Assembly (NCBI RefSeq): GCF_001194135.2
Contig: NC_068989.1
Span: 8,163,886 to 8,227,885, forward strand
Length of the DNA: 64,000 nucleotides
Source: Octopus bimaculoides
Lineage: Eukaryota
Direction: 5' to 3'
In this document: piece after piece, positions 25,469 to 38,421 of the stretch
Position numbering within the stretch: position 1 is the stretch's first letter
Layout of the letters: each line of letters starts with the position of its first letter
The notes under the pieces: model-generated
Seen by the model: only the letters and a program-made list of their open reading frames with translations
Database searches by the model: none
What the model was told of the DNA's origin: nothing
Position numbers and translations under genes: made by a program

Positions 25469-26668
25469 NNNNNNNNNNNNNNNNNNNNNNNNNNNNNNNN
25501 NNNNNNNNNNNNNNNNNNNNNNNNNNNNNNNNNNNNNNNNNNNNNNNNNNNNNNNNNNNNNNNNNNNNNNNNNNNNNNNNNNNNNNNNNNNNNNNNNNNN
25601 NNNNNNNNNNNNNNNNNNNNNNNNNNNNNNNNNNNNNNNNNNNNNNNNNNNNNNNNNNNNNNNNNNNNNNNNNNNNNNNNNNNNNNNNNNNNNNNNNNNN
25701 NNNNNNNNNNNNNNNNNNNNNNNNNNNNNNNNNNNNNNNNNNNNNNNNNNNNNNNNNNNNNNNNNNNNNNNNNNNNNNNNNNNNNNNNNNNNNNNNNNNN
25801 NNNNNNNNNNNNNNNNNNNNNNNNNNNNNNNNNNNNNNNNNNNNNNNNNNNNNNNNNNNNNNNNNNNNNNNNNNNNNNNNNNNNNNNNNNNNNNNNNNNN
25901 NNNNNNNNNATGGCCGCATTCAAATGAATGAAACAAAAAAAAAAAAAAGAGAGAGAGAAAGAAAGAAGGAGTTGCTTGGTGTATTCAAAGTTATTCTTAG
26001 GAGACATCTTGTGTGGGGCAAAGTAGATGAAGAAATCTATGTCTAAAAAAATATGTTTTAAAAAAGTACAAAAGACAGAAAATTAAAATCGAAATAGGTT
26101 TAATCGATAGTAGATACGGAAATACAATGTCGTAGGGAACGAAAATGGAAATAAGAAATTACTGCTGACCTAAATGATAATAATTTTTGATGAAACAGAA
26201 ATAATTTCAGGAAACGGAGGAACAGTACCCCTTAGATTTTGTATTTTTTTCTTGCAATATATAATTATGTTTTCAGTTCACAATGAAAAGATCGCCAAGT
26301 AATTTTAGAAAGGAAATTAAGATGAAAATGGGGATTAACTATGATAGTTGTAATTTTGGTGTTTGTAGCTTGAAAGATACTCAAACAAATGAAAGAAGAA
26401 AGTAAAGCAAAGAAAAGTGTTAAGGTTGGGCATCTTAAATGGTTAACGTTAAGTTATAGTGATTGAAGTATAGCTGAGATTTAAGTGAAGAACGTGACGG
26501 TATAAACGTTTCATAAAATAAGTTAAAATGTATTAAAATGTAGGATCAAATATTGAATGAGCTTGAAAGTGAAGAAGTACACCGTTTCAGGAAATAAAGA
26601 TGAATTCATTGGTGTTTTATTGAAACTGGTTAACTGAGGAAATTGTCTTAAATTAGAACTTTACTCAC

Positions 26669-26738
26669 CTTTAACAACCCAAAGACATCAAAAGAACACA
26701 TATCAAAGAAGGAATCTTGTTTTGCATCTTCTCTAATC
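26669..26738 (-). CDS. Candidate 70-nt exon of an unidentified gene
   Basis: Minus strand: acceptor gcgctattttcag|G and donor AAG|gtgagtaa; one frame is open (IREDAKQDSFFDMCSFDVFGLLK); upstream donor AAG|gtaaat at 27030 would define a 291-nt intron. No homology recognised. Confidence 0.3.
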
Positions 26739-27211
26739 CTGAAAATAGCGCAACTAAAACCTTTAGTAGAATGTGTGTGTAAACGTGTGCATACGTGTTT
26801 GAGTGCTTGTGTGTGTGCGCGCGCGCGTGCTTGAGTGTTTGTGTGTGTGTAAATGTGTGCATGTGTATGTGTGTTTGAGTGTTTGTGTGTGTGTGAGAGA
26901 GTGGGTGTCGTGGCGAAGCCAAATTTTCGCATTCAACAATGCCTAATAATTTTTTCAGTTCTTTCATCTCCAAGGCCTCAGCTCAAACACTTGAATCAAT
27001 TTTTCTTTCTGAGAACAGGAATTATTTACCTTCGTGTGTTTTCTAACTGAAATTATTCACCCTGATATTCAACAGTATTAATTTCATGCATTTATCTATA
27101 TTTCTCAATTCATAAGTCTTGGAAAAGCTATGGTTATGGCCTCCCTCTTTCAAATTACTCCATATTACAAGTATTCAGCAATAAAATAAATACACAAAAC
27201 CATGAAGAAGA

Positions 27212-27392
27212 CGTGCTGCTTGACCTGCTAAAAATAATAGGCAAATCATCTTGAGATCACACTTTTTCAACTTCAAATAAGAAAAACGTTTTGGAGAATG
27301 GGATCCTCGATGCAACAAAGGTTAGCATGGTCACGGTCGGAATGCCTTTACTCATAATTCTGTTGTATCAGGCCTAACCTGCGATTAAACAG
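27212..27392 (+). mobile_element. Unclassified dispersed repeat family E
   Basis: cttgacctgctaaaaataataggcaaatc...catggtcacggtcggaatgcctt...; related to 34445-34600 and 42660-42850. Confidence 0.45.
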
Positions 27393-28798
27393 CCACGCAG
27401 GAAAGATACTCAAAGATTAGAGGTGCCATCTTTAACTGATTTAAAACAGTGTCGGCTTTTTAAGCTACAGCGTTTCGTACATACAATTTGAAGGAATTTG
27501 CATTTATGAAAGTTACTAAAAACGTAATTAGAATATATAATATAAAGCAGGCATTAATATATATATATATATTACATCCTCAGAGACATTCAGCTTTAGG
27601 GAGCTCAATAGTTAATAACATTCTTTCTGTGGCATCTAAAGTATGGTGGGGGTGAAAGAAAGACAGAGACAGAAAGAAACATTACATAGAAAGGAAAAAT
27701 ATGTGCTAAAATAAAGGAACGACGAAGAAAATTTATGTCTATTAAACAACATGACAGAGCGAGGATGGTGCTGAAAATTTCTGTAAGCGTTCACAAATCA
27801 CTTCACTGCGGTTAATATGGTAATGGCTGTCTTCTCCCTCCTATATTAATACGGATCAATATAGAAGAATTTCATTCCAAATTATCTAGAAATGTGTACA
27901 GACGTGTTGATGTGTAAACATATACGCAGAAGAGATATATTTCATTTCACTCTACAACTTTGTGAATCAATTACATTTATTTATTTCAGCTCATATCCAT
28001 GTCATTCTAACTTTGAAACCATGTAAATGTATGGTGTGAGAATTTTAATTTCTTATTTCTGAAGAGCTCTACTTCAAATTTTTCCATTGATTTCAGCTGA
28101 GTCTTAATTTCCGTTTCATCCAAATGCCAGAGTCCAGATTTTACAGCATTCGATTGTGAAGTCCTATAAAGGTACTATAAATAAATGTATCACTTATGTT
28201 TTTTAAAATTATACACTGGTTTAACAAAGAGAAGCAAACTTAGAGATCAACTAAAATCAGACTGTTCAAAATTAGAGGAATATTACAGAAAGTGATTTCA
28301 TGCCAAAAAAGAAACGAAAAGAAAATGAATTCAGTGTTGCCATCAGGCTTAGACTCACCAAAATTTTATCAGAAGAATAATAAGAAATTATTCCACTGAT
28401 TTAACAGAAAAAATAAAAGTTAAACACATATAAGAAAAAGCAAAGCAAAAAAGACCCCAAAACAACCACAAAAACAAACAAACAATAGAAACGAAGAATT
28501 AAAATGTAGTCAGATTTAGCGAATAAAATAGAATGGAATGCTAGCAGATGCAAAACGTACTTAAACTTTCACCTAAAATTGATTACCAACCTACCTAACT
28601 AGCTACCTACCTATCTAACTACATATCTACTTCCCTACTTATCAACGTACATACAAATCAATAAAGATGTATATATGAAAGTACGTATATACTAAAGTGC
28701 CTAAAAATATTCATACATACTCACACATAGACGTACACATGTCGATACATAAAACAACTAATACTTAGGCACATATACAGGCGTGCAATGCAGTACGT

Positions 28799-28873
<75 letters not shown>

Positions 28874-29257
28874 TAATACATACATACATACATCTATATA
28901 TGTATATATATATATTTACATATATATACACACACATATTGATATACATATATGTATATATTTATCTATCTATATATGTATGTGTGCGTGTGCATGTGTA
29001 GAAAAAACAATTGAAACAACTACTAGACTATTCTATTTGCATTCTGATTTCAACTATCACCGAAATCTATAACGATATACTTGCCGATTGCGGTGGATGT
29101 TCCGGACTGTGAGAATGCTGGAGAAGATGGTTGCAATATTTGTCTCTGAATTTGTAAACAGCGGAAGCAAGTCAGAACGTTAAAACTTAGTGCCTATGTA
29201 CAACACAGTTCAAAGTCAATCTGTATCAAACGGCTTCACTCTGCGTGCTTTAGCTTC

Positions 29258-29271
29258 GTTACTATGGCAAC
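29258..29271. promoter_or_regulatory. RFX X-box-like motif
   Basis: GTTACTATGGCAAC versus consensus GTTNCCATGGNAAC, in unique sequence. Motif match only. Confidence 0.3.
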
Positions 29272-29499
29272 GGTCTGGATACTTATTAATCAGAGCACGT
29301 ATATTAGGTACGGTTGCAAAAAAAAAAAACCAAAAAAACAAGCTTAACGCCTAACACGAATTCATTGTTGATTTCGAAAATTATTGTGGGATATTTTTTA
29401 CCCGAATTCTCTGCTATACTATTGATAAATCTTACAGAGTTATTTATTCGATCCAGTCAACTATTTGGCAGCTCTTAGGAAATTCACCCAAAATAAATT

Positions 29500-29643
29500 G
29501 TCGAAGCTCGGCTTGCTAACACATGGTTTCAGCTTCAGTCCCACTGAACGGCATTTCGGGCAAGTCTATTCTACTTCTGCCTCGGATCGACCGATGACTT
29601 GTGAGTGTATTTGGGAGACAGAAACTTGTGTCGTGCCACGTCA

Positions 29644-29705
<62 letters not shown>

Positions 29706-29721
29706 CCTCTCTCTCCCTCCT

Positions 29722-29761
<40 letters not shown>

Positions 29762-30055
29762 NNNNNNNNNNNNNNNNNNNNNNNNNNNNNNNNNNNNNNN
29801 NNNNNNNNNATATATATATATATATATATATATAATGAATAATGTGTGTATATTTCTGTTTACGTGTGTATTTGTGAAATCGATGTTTGTTTGTTTACGA
29901 CCCCGTAACATAACCGTTCAGCAAAACACCTACAGAATAAGTACCAGACTTTAAAATTACTACTGGGATCAATTTGTTCGATTGAAAACCTACCAAGGCG
30001 GTGCTCCAGCATGACTGCATTTTAATGTCTGAAACAAATGAAAGATAAAGATAAT
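29500..30055 (+). mobile_element. SINE family A split by internal (TATC)n/(CT)n expansion and a gap
   Basis: Head cttcagtcccactg...gggcaagt 29530-29640; tail ccccgtaac...aaggcggtgctccagcatg 29890-30055. Confidence 0.8.
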
Positions 30056-32025
30056 TAAGTTGTCGAGTTAATGCATCATTTCGTCTATATCTTACAGACA
30101 AGGTATAAATCTTCATCTCATTGAACTTACCCGTCTCTTTCGCCTGCAGACGATTTATCTTGCAGCTCTCTTACCACTCCTTTGTCAAGCTTTGCTCGTA
30201 CTTTCACACATGTAACATTTTTTTTATTACTTAATTACGTGACACGTCATACAGCAAATAAATGATATATTTTTCAAAGATTCTGCCCCTCTTCCTTCTC
30301 TGCTGGGCAATAGAAACAGTGGATAATTACGTACGATCGCTCAGAGGTTTCTATTAAAATTGATTCAAAAGAGCTCAGTAGCATTCTCATAATTCTATTT
30401 TCTCTCACTCGGTCCTTGTTTTCCTCTCATTCCCTCACTAAAATCATTAGTGGGCACACGCACACCCTCATATATACATATACACCTAAATTCTTATTTA
30501 CTCACTAAATCAATGTCACACAGACACACACACATGTACTCACACACATGTACTCACACACTTTCGACACCACCATTTCTCTCTCTTTTCCTCTTCAGTG
30601 TTTTTAACCAGTGAAGTTATTTTACAGCGAGACTAATTAGTTTTTTCTTATGTAAAATTGATTTTATTAGTTTTGACGAGAGTCACGGGCCAAGCTCTTA
30701 GCCTTTTCATCACTTCCTAGACGGACAAACAACGTGATTTAATTGTCGTCAATCATGAATTTAAACGATTTAACTGTTACAATTCAGTGAAAAACATGAG
30801 TAAATAAGTTATGGTGTGATTTCGGGGCGGTATTCTTGGGCAGATGTTCAATTAGGGAAACTTGGATGTATGACAAATTACTGGAATGAGATCAATACTT
30901 TGAAATACCAAACCTTCAGAATTTTCAATTTTCAGTTTGTTTGTTGCGGTACAAGAACTTCGTATTCTTTCTGTTTGTCTTCTTTTCCTTCGCTCTTTAT
31001 CGCTCTCGAGATATTTTAAGACCTCTCTGATTTCCTTGTATCTCGAGAATGTCATTCTGCCAACAATAAACACGAGCACTAGTTCTGTATCCCGTCTTTT
31101 ATTTTTATAATTCAATTGGTTAAATATCTAACCAATTAATTAATCGATTGTTTTATTAATTGATCGGTCAATCAATCCTTCAGTTAGATTTGTTAAAGTG
31201 TTTCCATCGTCATTCGCAATCTCATCAATGAAATGCCCTCTTTTTCTCTAGTTGTTTCAAAACACGAGTTCACATCTAGAACGCTGCAAAAAAATATGCA
31301 TAAATGAAATACTGTGTGGTTGCTCTGCATTGAGTACACAGAATTAATGATTAAATATAATAAATAAATAAATATAATATATGAAAATGAAACTAAAAAT
31401 AAATATGAAAATAAAAGTCATAATATATAAGAAAATAAGTATACACACCAGTTTCGTTTCCCAGTTGCTTTTTCATGAATTCAATAAAGCTGATTAATCA
31501 CCAATTGATAAACTACCAGAAATTTAACCATATTCCCCGCTTAACCTTCATATATTGTAACGCTGTTGCATTACAACCTACCATAAGGTTCGATCTCAGC
31601 ACTGCTAGATAACTACATCTGACGCCAATTTTCAGTTCATCCATAACTTGGATACGTTAGATATTTTTCGAAAAGGTAGTTGTCCAGATTTGTTTTACTT
31701 CACGTTACCAATCTGTTACTTCAAATCTTCTTCTCTTAAATATTTTAAGACACATTCATTCCTTCATTCGACCCACAACCCAATACTTTCACCGCTATAG
31801 TCCTGATCTACAATTTTACGCACATTTTAAAATTTCAAATGTTATAAAACATTCCACTGAAGTTCGAGTCCTTCCCATGTTTCCTTAAGACGGGTTTCTT
31901 CCTGTGTATGTTTTTAGTGTTTGGATATTTCCTGAATGATAATTCAAGAATAATCTGGTAATTATAATCTTCCACTTAACGCTATGATGAAAGGAAGTAG
32001 TTGGTGTTTAGTTGTGTTGGTGTTT

Positions 32026-32135
32026 AGTTGTTTAGCCGTATTATTCAATGTATCTTTCGCTATTTAAACACGTTAGTGTGTGATATGAGGCAAATTTGGC
32101 TGCTACTTCGAGCAGATTGAGCAACTACTTAAAAG
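32026..32135 (-). mobile_element. Repeat family E, internally deleted
   Basis: Reverse complement reads ctgctcgaagtagcagccaaatttgcctcatatcacac...ggctaaacaac. Confidence 0.45.
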
Positions 32136-33479
32136 CTTTCTTGACGTTCAATCGGAAAAATGTATTGGTTTTAAAAACGATACTGGTCTGTAAATAGATC
32201 TCCAAAAGGAAGATATATTTAAAAAAGATGGTTTTCAGCTATACTCTCTCACGAGGGGCGGTTAGCTGTACATTTTGTTTTAAATAAATTACGCGGCGAA
32301 CTGGACGCTCAATACTTTTTGTTATGACGTTTCTACGCTAAAGAAGCACTCCTTAAATTCACTGTGATATGTTTGCATATTTCCTCCAAGAAATATATAG
32401 GAAATAAACAATCATAGAATTGTAGAACAAATCTATAATGAATGGCGTTCCAACTATAACTTCACTTCTGTTTTCATGCATAATATATCACAATATTTAA
32501 GACTATATTATGTAGCGCATTCTTCAGGACTATTAAACGTAAGAACTTATTTTAGCGCTAAGATCATCTATGACCAAACTGATATGTGATCAAAAGCGTC
32601 CACGCTGTAAAAATCCTACTTTTGTCCTGTGGTGTATCTAGAGCTACATTGTTCAATGTGTCCACCTTCTCCGCTTAAAGACATTACGGTATGAATTGTT
32701 GATTTGTAAGTGCTAAAATACAGTAATGCCAAACTGGATTGAACCAAAAGTTACTGAAGATTCTCAGGATCATCGAACATAGTAAATTATCACCTTGGAT
32801 AGGATATGAACTACCTATCTCTCAGTTGGTTGTGAGAGATGCTTGCAACTCAGCCCTTCTAAACTTCAGCATAGACATTTAAAACAATAGACTAAACTAA
32901 TTTATATTCACAGTCCAAATTAAACGTTTGAAAGAGGAGGCTGGGGAAACTTAAAATGTTTGATCTAGGTAATCAGTTAGACTGTATTCTGATAAATCGA
33001 TTTATAACGTTTTGGAAGAAATTACACTTGATTTCATTTTATATAAAAGTTTAGATATAAAAAAAAAAAGATGTTATGAATTTACATCAATAACTTAAGC
33101 ATATCTTTGGAACGTACAATGAAAAGCCGAATATTAAAGACTACCCGTATGTTGATTTAGCTTTATTTTCTGTTTCATACTGCTTTGAAAAAAATCATGA
33201 TTTATTTTTTTTAAATACAAAAGTATAGTAAATTGAGAAAACGCAGACTATTCACAAGGAATCAATATAACGAACCATTGACAAATTATCGATATAATTC
33301 TATTAAAATTCTATTAAAAATGTATATATATATACATATAAATAATGTTAGAAACATGCGATGATTAAATCTGAAAAGTTTAAAAATATATTTTTTTAAT
33401 ATTTTTGGAAACCAACTGTAAACATTTGGAAATGGTTTTTCATTTTTTTTTTGTTTTGCTTTTGAATAAAATGTAGGTT

Positions 33480-33514
<35 letters not shown>

Positions 33515-33880
33515 TATAAAATCGAAATCTAAACAGTGTGTTCAACACTAACTACAAAAACTGAATGGCAGTATTAAAGTGAAAGTGAATGATATACACC
33601 AATAGTATATTTGATAGTTTTTGTTTCAGAAAATTTCCTGTCTACTTTGCACAGGATCGAACCGATTTACGTTTCCTTACAGTTTTTTTTATCCACTTTT
33701 TTTTTTATTTTGATGACATGATGAATGGGAACAGTTATTAATCAATGAATGTTTGAAATGCTATTCTCTCATTTTTCTTCTTGGACATATATTTCTGCCT
33801 TTATTTCAGATTTATTACAATTTCATCTTTATATTTATTGTCGTGCATTTTATTGTTTTTTTCTATTATTATACTTCTTT

Positions 33881-33985
33881 CTGTGTAGTTAAGATTCTTG
33901 CTTTGCAACCACGCGGTTTCCGGTTCAGTCTTTCTGCTGAACACTTTGGACAAGTGTCTTTCTACTGCATTGGGCCAAACCATTG
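33881..33985 (+). mobile_element. SINE family A, diverged head
   Basis: ctgtgtagttaag...gcaaccacgcggtttccggttcagtc...tttggacaagtgtctttctact. Confidence 0.7.
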
Positions 33986-34444
33986 TTAAACCTCTATAAT
34001 CATAAGCAGGGCAAAAAAAAATCGATTTTCGAAACTTATTGGCTTCTCATCAGAGGCGTTTACACAATTCTGACAGTCTCCAGAGAAACGATCAGCCAAA
34101 CTGTTTATATACTCAACAAATGCAGCAGTTACTCTCTGAAGGAGTCCCTAATTTGCATATCGAAAGTGTTTAACACTCTATAAATATCAGCGGCCTGTCA
34201 ACGAGGATCTTGGTCCGTAATTCGAAAGACAAAGTATTTTGAATTGCGTTAAGGTTACACATTGATTGCATTAAGGTTACACGGCTCAACCCCTTAGATG
34301 TTAATTAAGGAGCAAGAACTCAGAACGAAAAGACAAATGAAATACCGCTAAACATTTCTCCCGGCGAAATCGCCTTACGTCGCCAAAATATCACAAAACT
34401 TTTGACTCAACGCAATAACAAACCAATTATAAATCCCCTATCTG

Positions 34445-34600
34445 ATCATTCTATCTACAAGAAATAGCAACCGAATCTCCCTTATATCACAAAGAAGTAT
34501 CTTTCGAAGGCATGATGCTAGATACTGGAAAATAAAGTGATGGCCATAAATGGAATGCTTTCGACTATCGAATTCACTTGATTAAGGCTGAACTGACAAA
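34445..34600 (+). mobile_element. Repeat family E
   Basis: agaaatagcaaccgaatctccc...gatggccataaatggaatgcttt. Confidence 0.45.
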
Positions 34601-36369
34601 GAAATCGATTATATTGATTGAATAACCAATAAAATTATACCCTGTGACAAGTCCAAAGAGGAATTCTGAAATTACATTTAAGTAGTAATAATATATACGG
34701 TGACTAGTAAACTGACTTTCGTTAAAGAAATAAATATGACATTGACAAATTCATAGAAAAAAAACAACATAGAATTCAGTTTATCAATGCTTGTAAAGTA
34801 TCATTACATTACGTCATATTAATCAATCGAATTGAAATGATCTCAACCTAACATTTTATATATTATGCTCAGAGAGTTTAATTTGGGACTAAGTCAGGAG
34901 ACAAATTGAAATGCTAAAACGTATTTTGTCAGTTCAACAAAAGAGAGCAGACAACATATACACATTCGCAACCCACCACACACATATAGACCTATATGTA
35001 TGTGTATATAAATATATATATATACTAATATGTGTATCTATATATGTCTGCATATATGTGTGTGTATATGTTAGTATGTGTGTAAATGAATGTATGTGAG
35101 TGTTACACCATTTAGAAGAATAAAATCTGACTAGCTATATATATAGTTAATGATATAGTCCATCAGTAATTATACATCATGTGTCGCGAGTCAGTTTCGA
35201 GGAACTCTGAATAATCATAAAAACGAAGAAAATATAACTGCTTCACGCGAGTACGAGTTACTCACTCATACAAAATTATTGCCTTGAATGGAGATCAGTT
35301 TCCGTTACAGTAAAGTACGGTCGAAGATATTGTAAAAGATATGACTCATTACATATTGAAATTGACTGCTAAGGGTGAGTTATTTCCTTTTGATTCGTTC
35401 AAAGCATTAAGATGAAAGCAGCCTTTAATATGACTGAGTTACAGGAATTTTAAGTGAACCACTTTTGAGTAACGAGTATGGATATGTCAGTGAGCTGAAT
35501 TTATGATTACGTTAATTAATAAGTGTACTGTTAGATATTGCGTTTGTCTTTCCAGCAATGATTTGCGGTATAAACGAATTATTGAGACTTTAGATAGAGA
35601 CTATCTCATCGTGAGTTAAAACTAAAAAGTAGAAGCGTGATTAAGCTTACTTGTGGTTAATAATTAAATATTAATCCGTTCAATCAGTGTTTCAGAATAT
35701 ATATATATATATATATACCAAAGTGGTGGTACTTGGTGAATATGTCTGACCTGATAATAAAGTAGCCGTTTTTTACATCCATAAATGGCCTACATTTTTC
35801 GATAATATTTTGCTTGATGTCAAATACACTGCGGTGTTCTTTCAAAAGTCCAGGTTTCATAGGATAGTTTAGTTACATTCCTATTTTCTGTAGCATTAAA
35901 AGAAGCAGTGTCATTAAAGTATTACCTTTTGAATTTACCCTTCACCAAACGCATTGTACATGGGTTATTTAGGTTTTATTGGATGACATTTACTTCTGAT
36001 CCATAAAAATCGCTTCAGCGTTGTATAATCGGTTATGCGACTAACATTTGTAAACCTGCATTTCATTTAGTCTCGTTATATCTAGCTTACATGTCACTGA
36101 CTATTTGTATAAGTAATACAACCATAACTCACTTTTAGGATATTTCTGTTAAATCATTTTCTTGTGATTAATGAGAGTTATTACGAAGAAGGCGTTTTTA
36201 ACAATATTAAATTCAACTTTTAAGGAAAAGAGAGACGTATTAATCAGATGACGTTACAGCGTCTTTTCTTGATGCTGGAAGGTAACAAAGACGGGTTTTG
36301 TACTCTAAATCATAAACCATTAAATATACTCTACTACATATAACTAAGTACTCTTTTTTCAATGCCCAC

Positions 36370-36428
36370 ATAACTGAAGAGATGGCGGCATGGGTTTCCG
36401 CCCCGGCATCCGAAACTCGGAGTTTTAT
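36370..36428 (+). ncRNA. Type I hammerhead-ribozyme-like motif (Penelope/retrozyme-type)
   Basis: ATAA-CTGAAGA-[gatggcgg..ccggcatc c, helix II 7/8 bp]-GAAA-CTCGGAG-TT-TTAT: intact CUGANGA and GAAA boxes, near-palindromic helix III, 4-bp helix I. Confidence 0.6.
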
Positions 36429-37075
36429 CATGGCTACCGAATAATTGTCACATATTATTTACAGATAAATTCCTCTATTTACATAATATCCAGTTCTCTT
36501 TCTTTCTTTTGTTGTCTTTTCTATCAATATATATATANNNNNNNNNNNNNNNNNNNNNNNNNNNNNNNNNNNNNNNNNNNNNNNNNNNNNNNNNNNNNNN
36601 NNNNNNNNNNNNNNNNNNNNNNNNNNNNNNNNNNNNNNNNNNNNNNNNNNNNNNNNNNNNNNNNNNNNNNNNNNNNNNNNNNNNNNNNNNNNNNNNNNNN
36701 NNNNNNNNNNNNNNNNNNNNNNNNNNNNNNNNNNNNNNNNNNNNNNNNNNNNNNNNNNNNNNNNNNNNNNNNNNNNNNNNNNNNNNNNNNNNNNNNNNNN
36801 NNNNNNNNNNNNNNNNNNNNNNNNNNNNNNNNNNNNNNNNNNNNNNNNNATATTCTGCTCTGGCTAATTCACTATTTAATTAACGACGCAGAATGGAACA
36901 TATAGACACCGATATCAATGGAAGCAATAATTATAAGCAAATATTTCATTAGAAGAATGTTTATGATGTGTCGTAGTATGATCTCGTTTAACAAAGAACC
37001 TTATATAATGAGACGTGTTTACGACTGCATCGATTCTAGAATATTACTGCAACTTCTTAAATTAATAGCATGTCG

Positions 37076-37441
37076 GTCTGACAAGCAAAGGTTCATAGTG
37101 TCTGTGGTCGGTACTTTTAAGGAAAATATCTATGTTCAACTCCGCAAATCAAAGTCCGTCCGAGTGGTGGAATAACGGTTAGGGGTGTTGCGATCGCAAG
37201 TGCGTAGTTTCGATTACCAGCACTGCGTTGTGATCTTGAGCAAAGCAGTAGACGTTTTGCATTATATTCTGCTCAGGACTCGAGACAGTAATACGCAAGA
37301 GTTGATGATAATGAAATAACAAAATATACATCTTTTATTTTCTGCGTGCTAAACAAATGACTTTTTTTTTAACCATTAGACGAATATATATAAACCTTAA
37401 AAGTACCGACCACAGACACTATGAACCTTTGCTTGTCAGAC
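37076..37441. repeat. Perfect 47-bp inverted repeat (37076-37122 / 37395-37441) with 272-bp spacer
   Basis: gtctgacaagcaaaggttcatagtgtctgtggtcggtacttttaagg is the exact reverse complement of 37395-37441. Confidence 0.95.
37165..37260 (+). mobile_element. SINE family C, diverged head
   Basis: ggttaggggtgtt...gtttcgattaccagcactgcgttgtgatcttgagcaaagca. Confidence 0.6.
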
Positions 37442-37924
37442 ATCTTTCAATTGATTCGCAAAGGTTGTAACATCAACGTTGATGGAAAGACAACATTAGC
37501 TCACAGACACCATGATCCTTCTCCATGTTTTTATTGTCACTACAACGATCCTTTCTTCACTGCATTAGCTATACTCACATACTCACTCGTCTCATCCAAA
37601 TCTATTTTTTCGCCTCTCTTGCCGATTCTCAGCACGGTTCTCAACACTCTGAAATTCCCTACCAGCGCAACTTCAGCAAATTTTCAAGCTTAGTACCAAA
37701 CAGACAAATCCCATGTGACTCGCAGTGAACCTGCTCAATTCTTATTAAAATATCAAAGGAAGACAGAAAGCCTTATTGAGAAGGTTAATCGTGGCGAATG
37801 AAAGTTAATTTAAGAGCGATTGTCTGTTCCTGTTCCTGATTTTCTAATATATTAATCAATGGAGAGGTGAGAAAAAAAACGAAGTTACTTTATTATGCAC
37901 ATGTGTATGGTTGTGTGGCATAGG

Positions 37925-38074
37925 CGTTGGCATGGCTGTGGAGTTATGAAACTCACTTTACAACCACGTGGTTTTGGGTTCAGCCTCTTGAGCAAGTTCT
38001 TTCTATTGTAGCTCTGGGTCGACCAATTCTTTGCGAATGAATTTAGTTGACTGAAAATGTTTGAAAGCCGGTCG

Positions 38075-38125
<51 letters not shown>

Positions 38126-38375
38126 CTCTATCTCTCTATCTATCTATCTATCTGTCTGTCTGTCTGTCTGTCTGTCTGTGAACGTATTTGTGTCTTTATT
38201 TGTCACCTTATCACAACCTGACAACCAGTATAGGCTTGTTTACGTCCACATAATTTTGCAGTTCGCCAAACAAAAATGATAGAAAAAATTCCACACTGAA
38301 AAGGAAGAAACATGTACTGGGACAGTGCTCCAGAATGGTCGACGTCCAATGACTGAAACGAGTAAAATATAACGA
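37925..38375 (+). mobile_element. SINE family A, diverged, internal (TATC)n/(TGTC)n
   Basis: Head acaaccacgtggttttgggttcagc; tail cagtgctccagaatggtcg...aatgactgaaacgagtaaaa. Confidence 0.75.
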
Positions 38376-38421
38376 CAAAAGATGTTTAACAATGAACAAT
38401 ATGCTAATAGGAACATCAAAC

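Noticed and set aside
31004-31048. 10-bp inverted repeat tctcgagata/tatctcgaga
   Set aside because: Within chance expectation for 64 kb.
36240-36431. Minus ORF MIKLRVSDAG.. resembling a cadherin DxG motif
   Set aside because: No other cadherin motifs; the DNA is better explained as the antisense of the hammerhead-bearing repeat.
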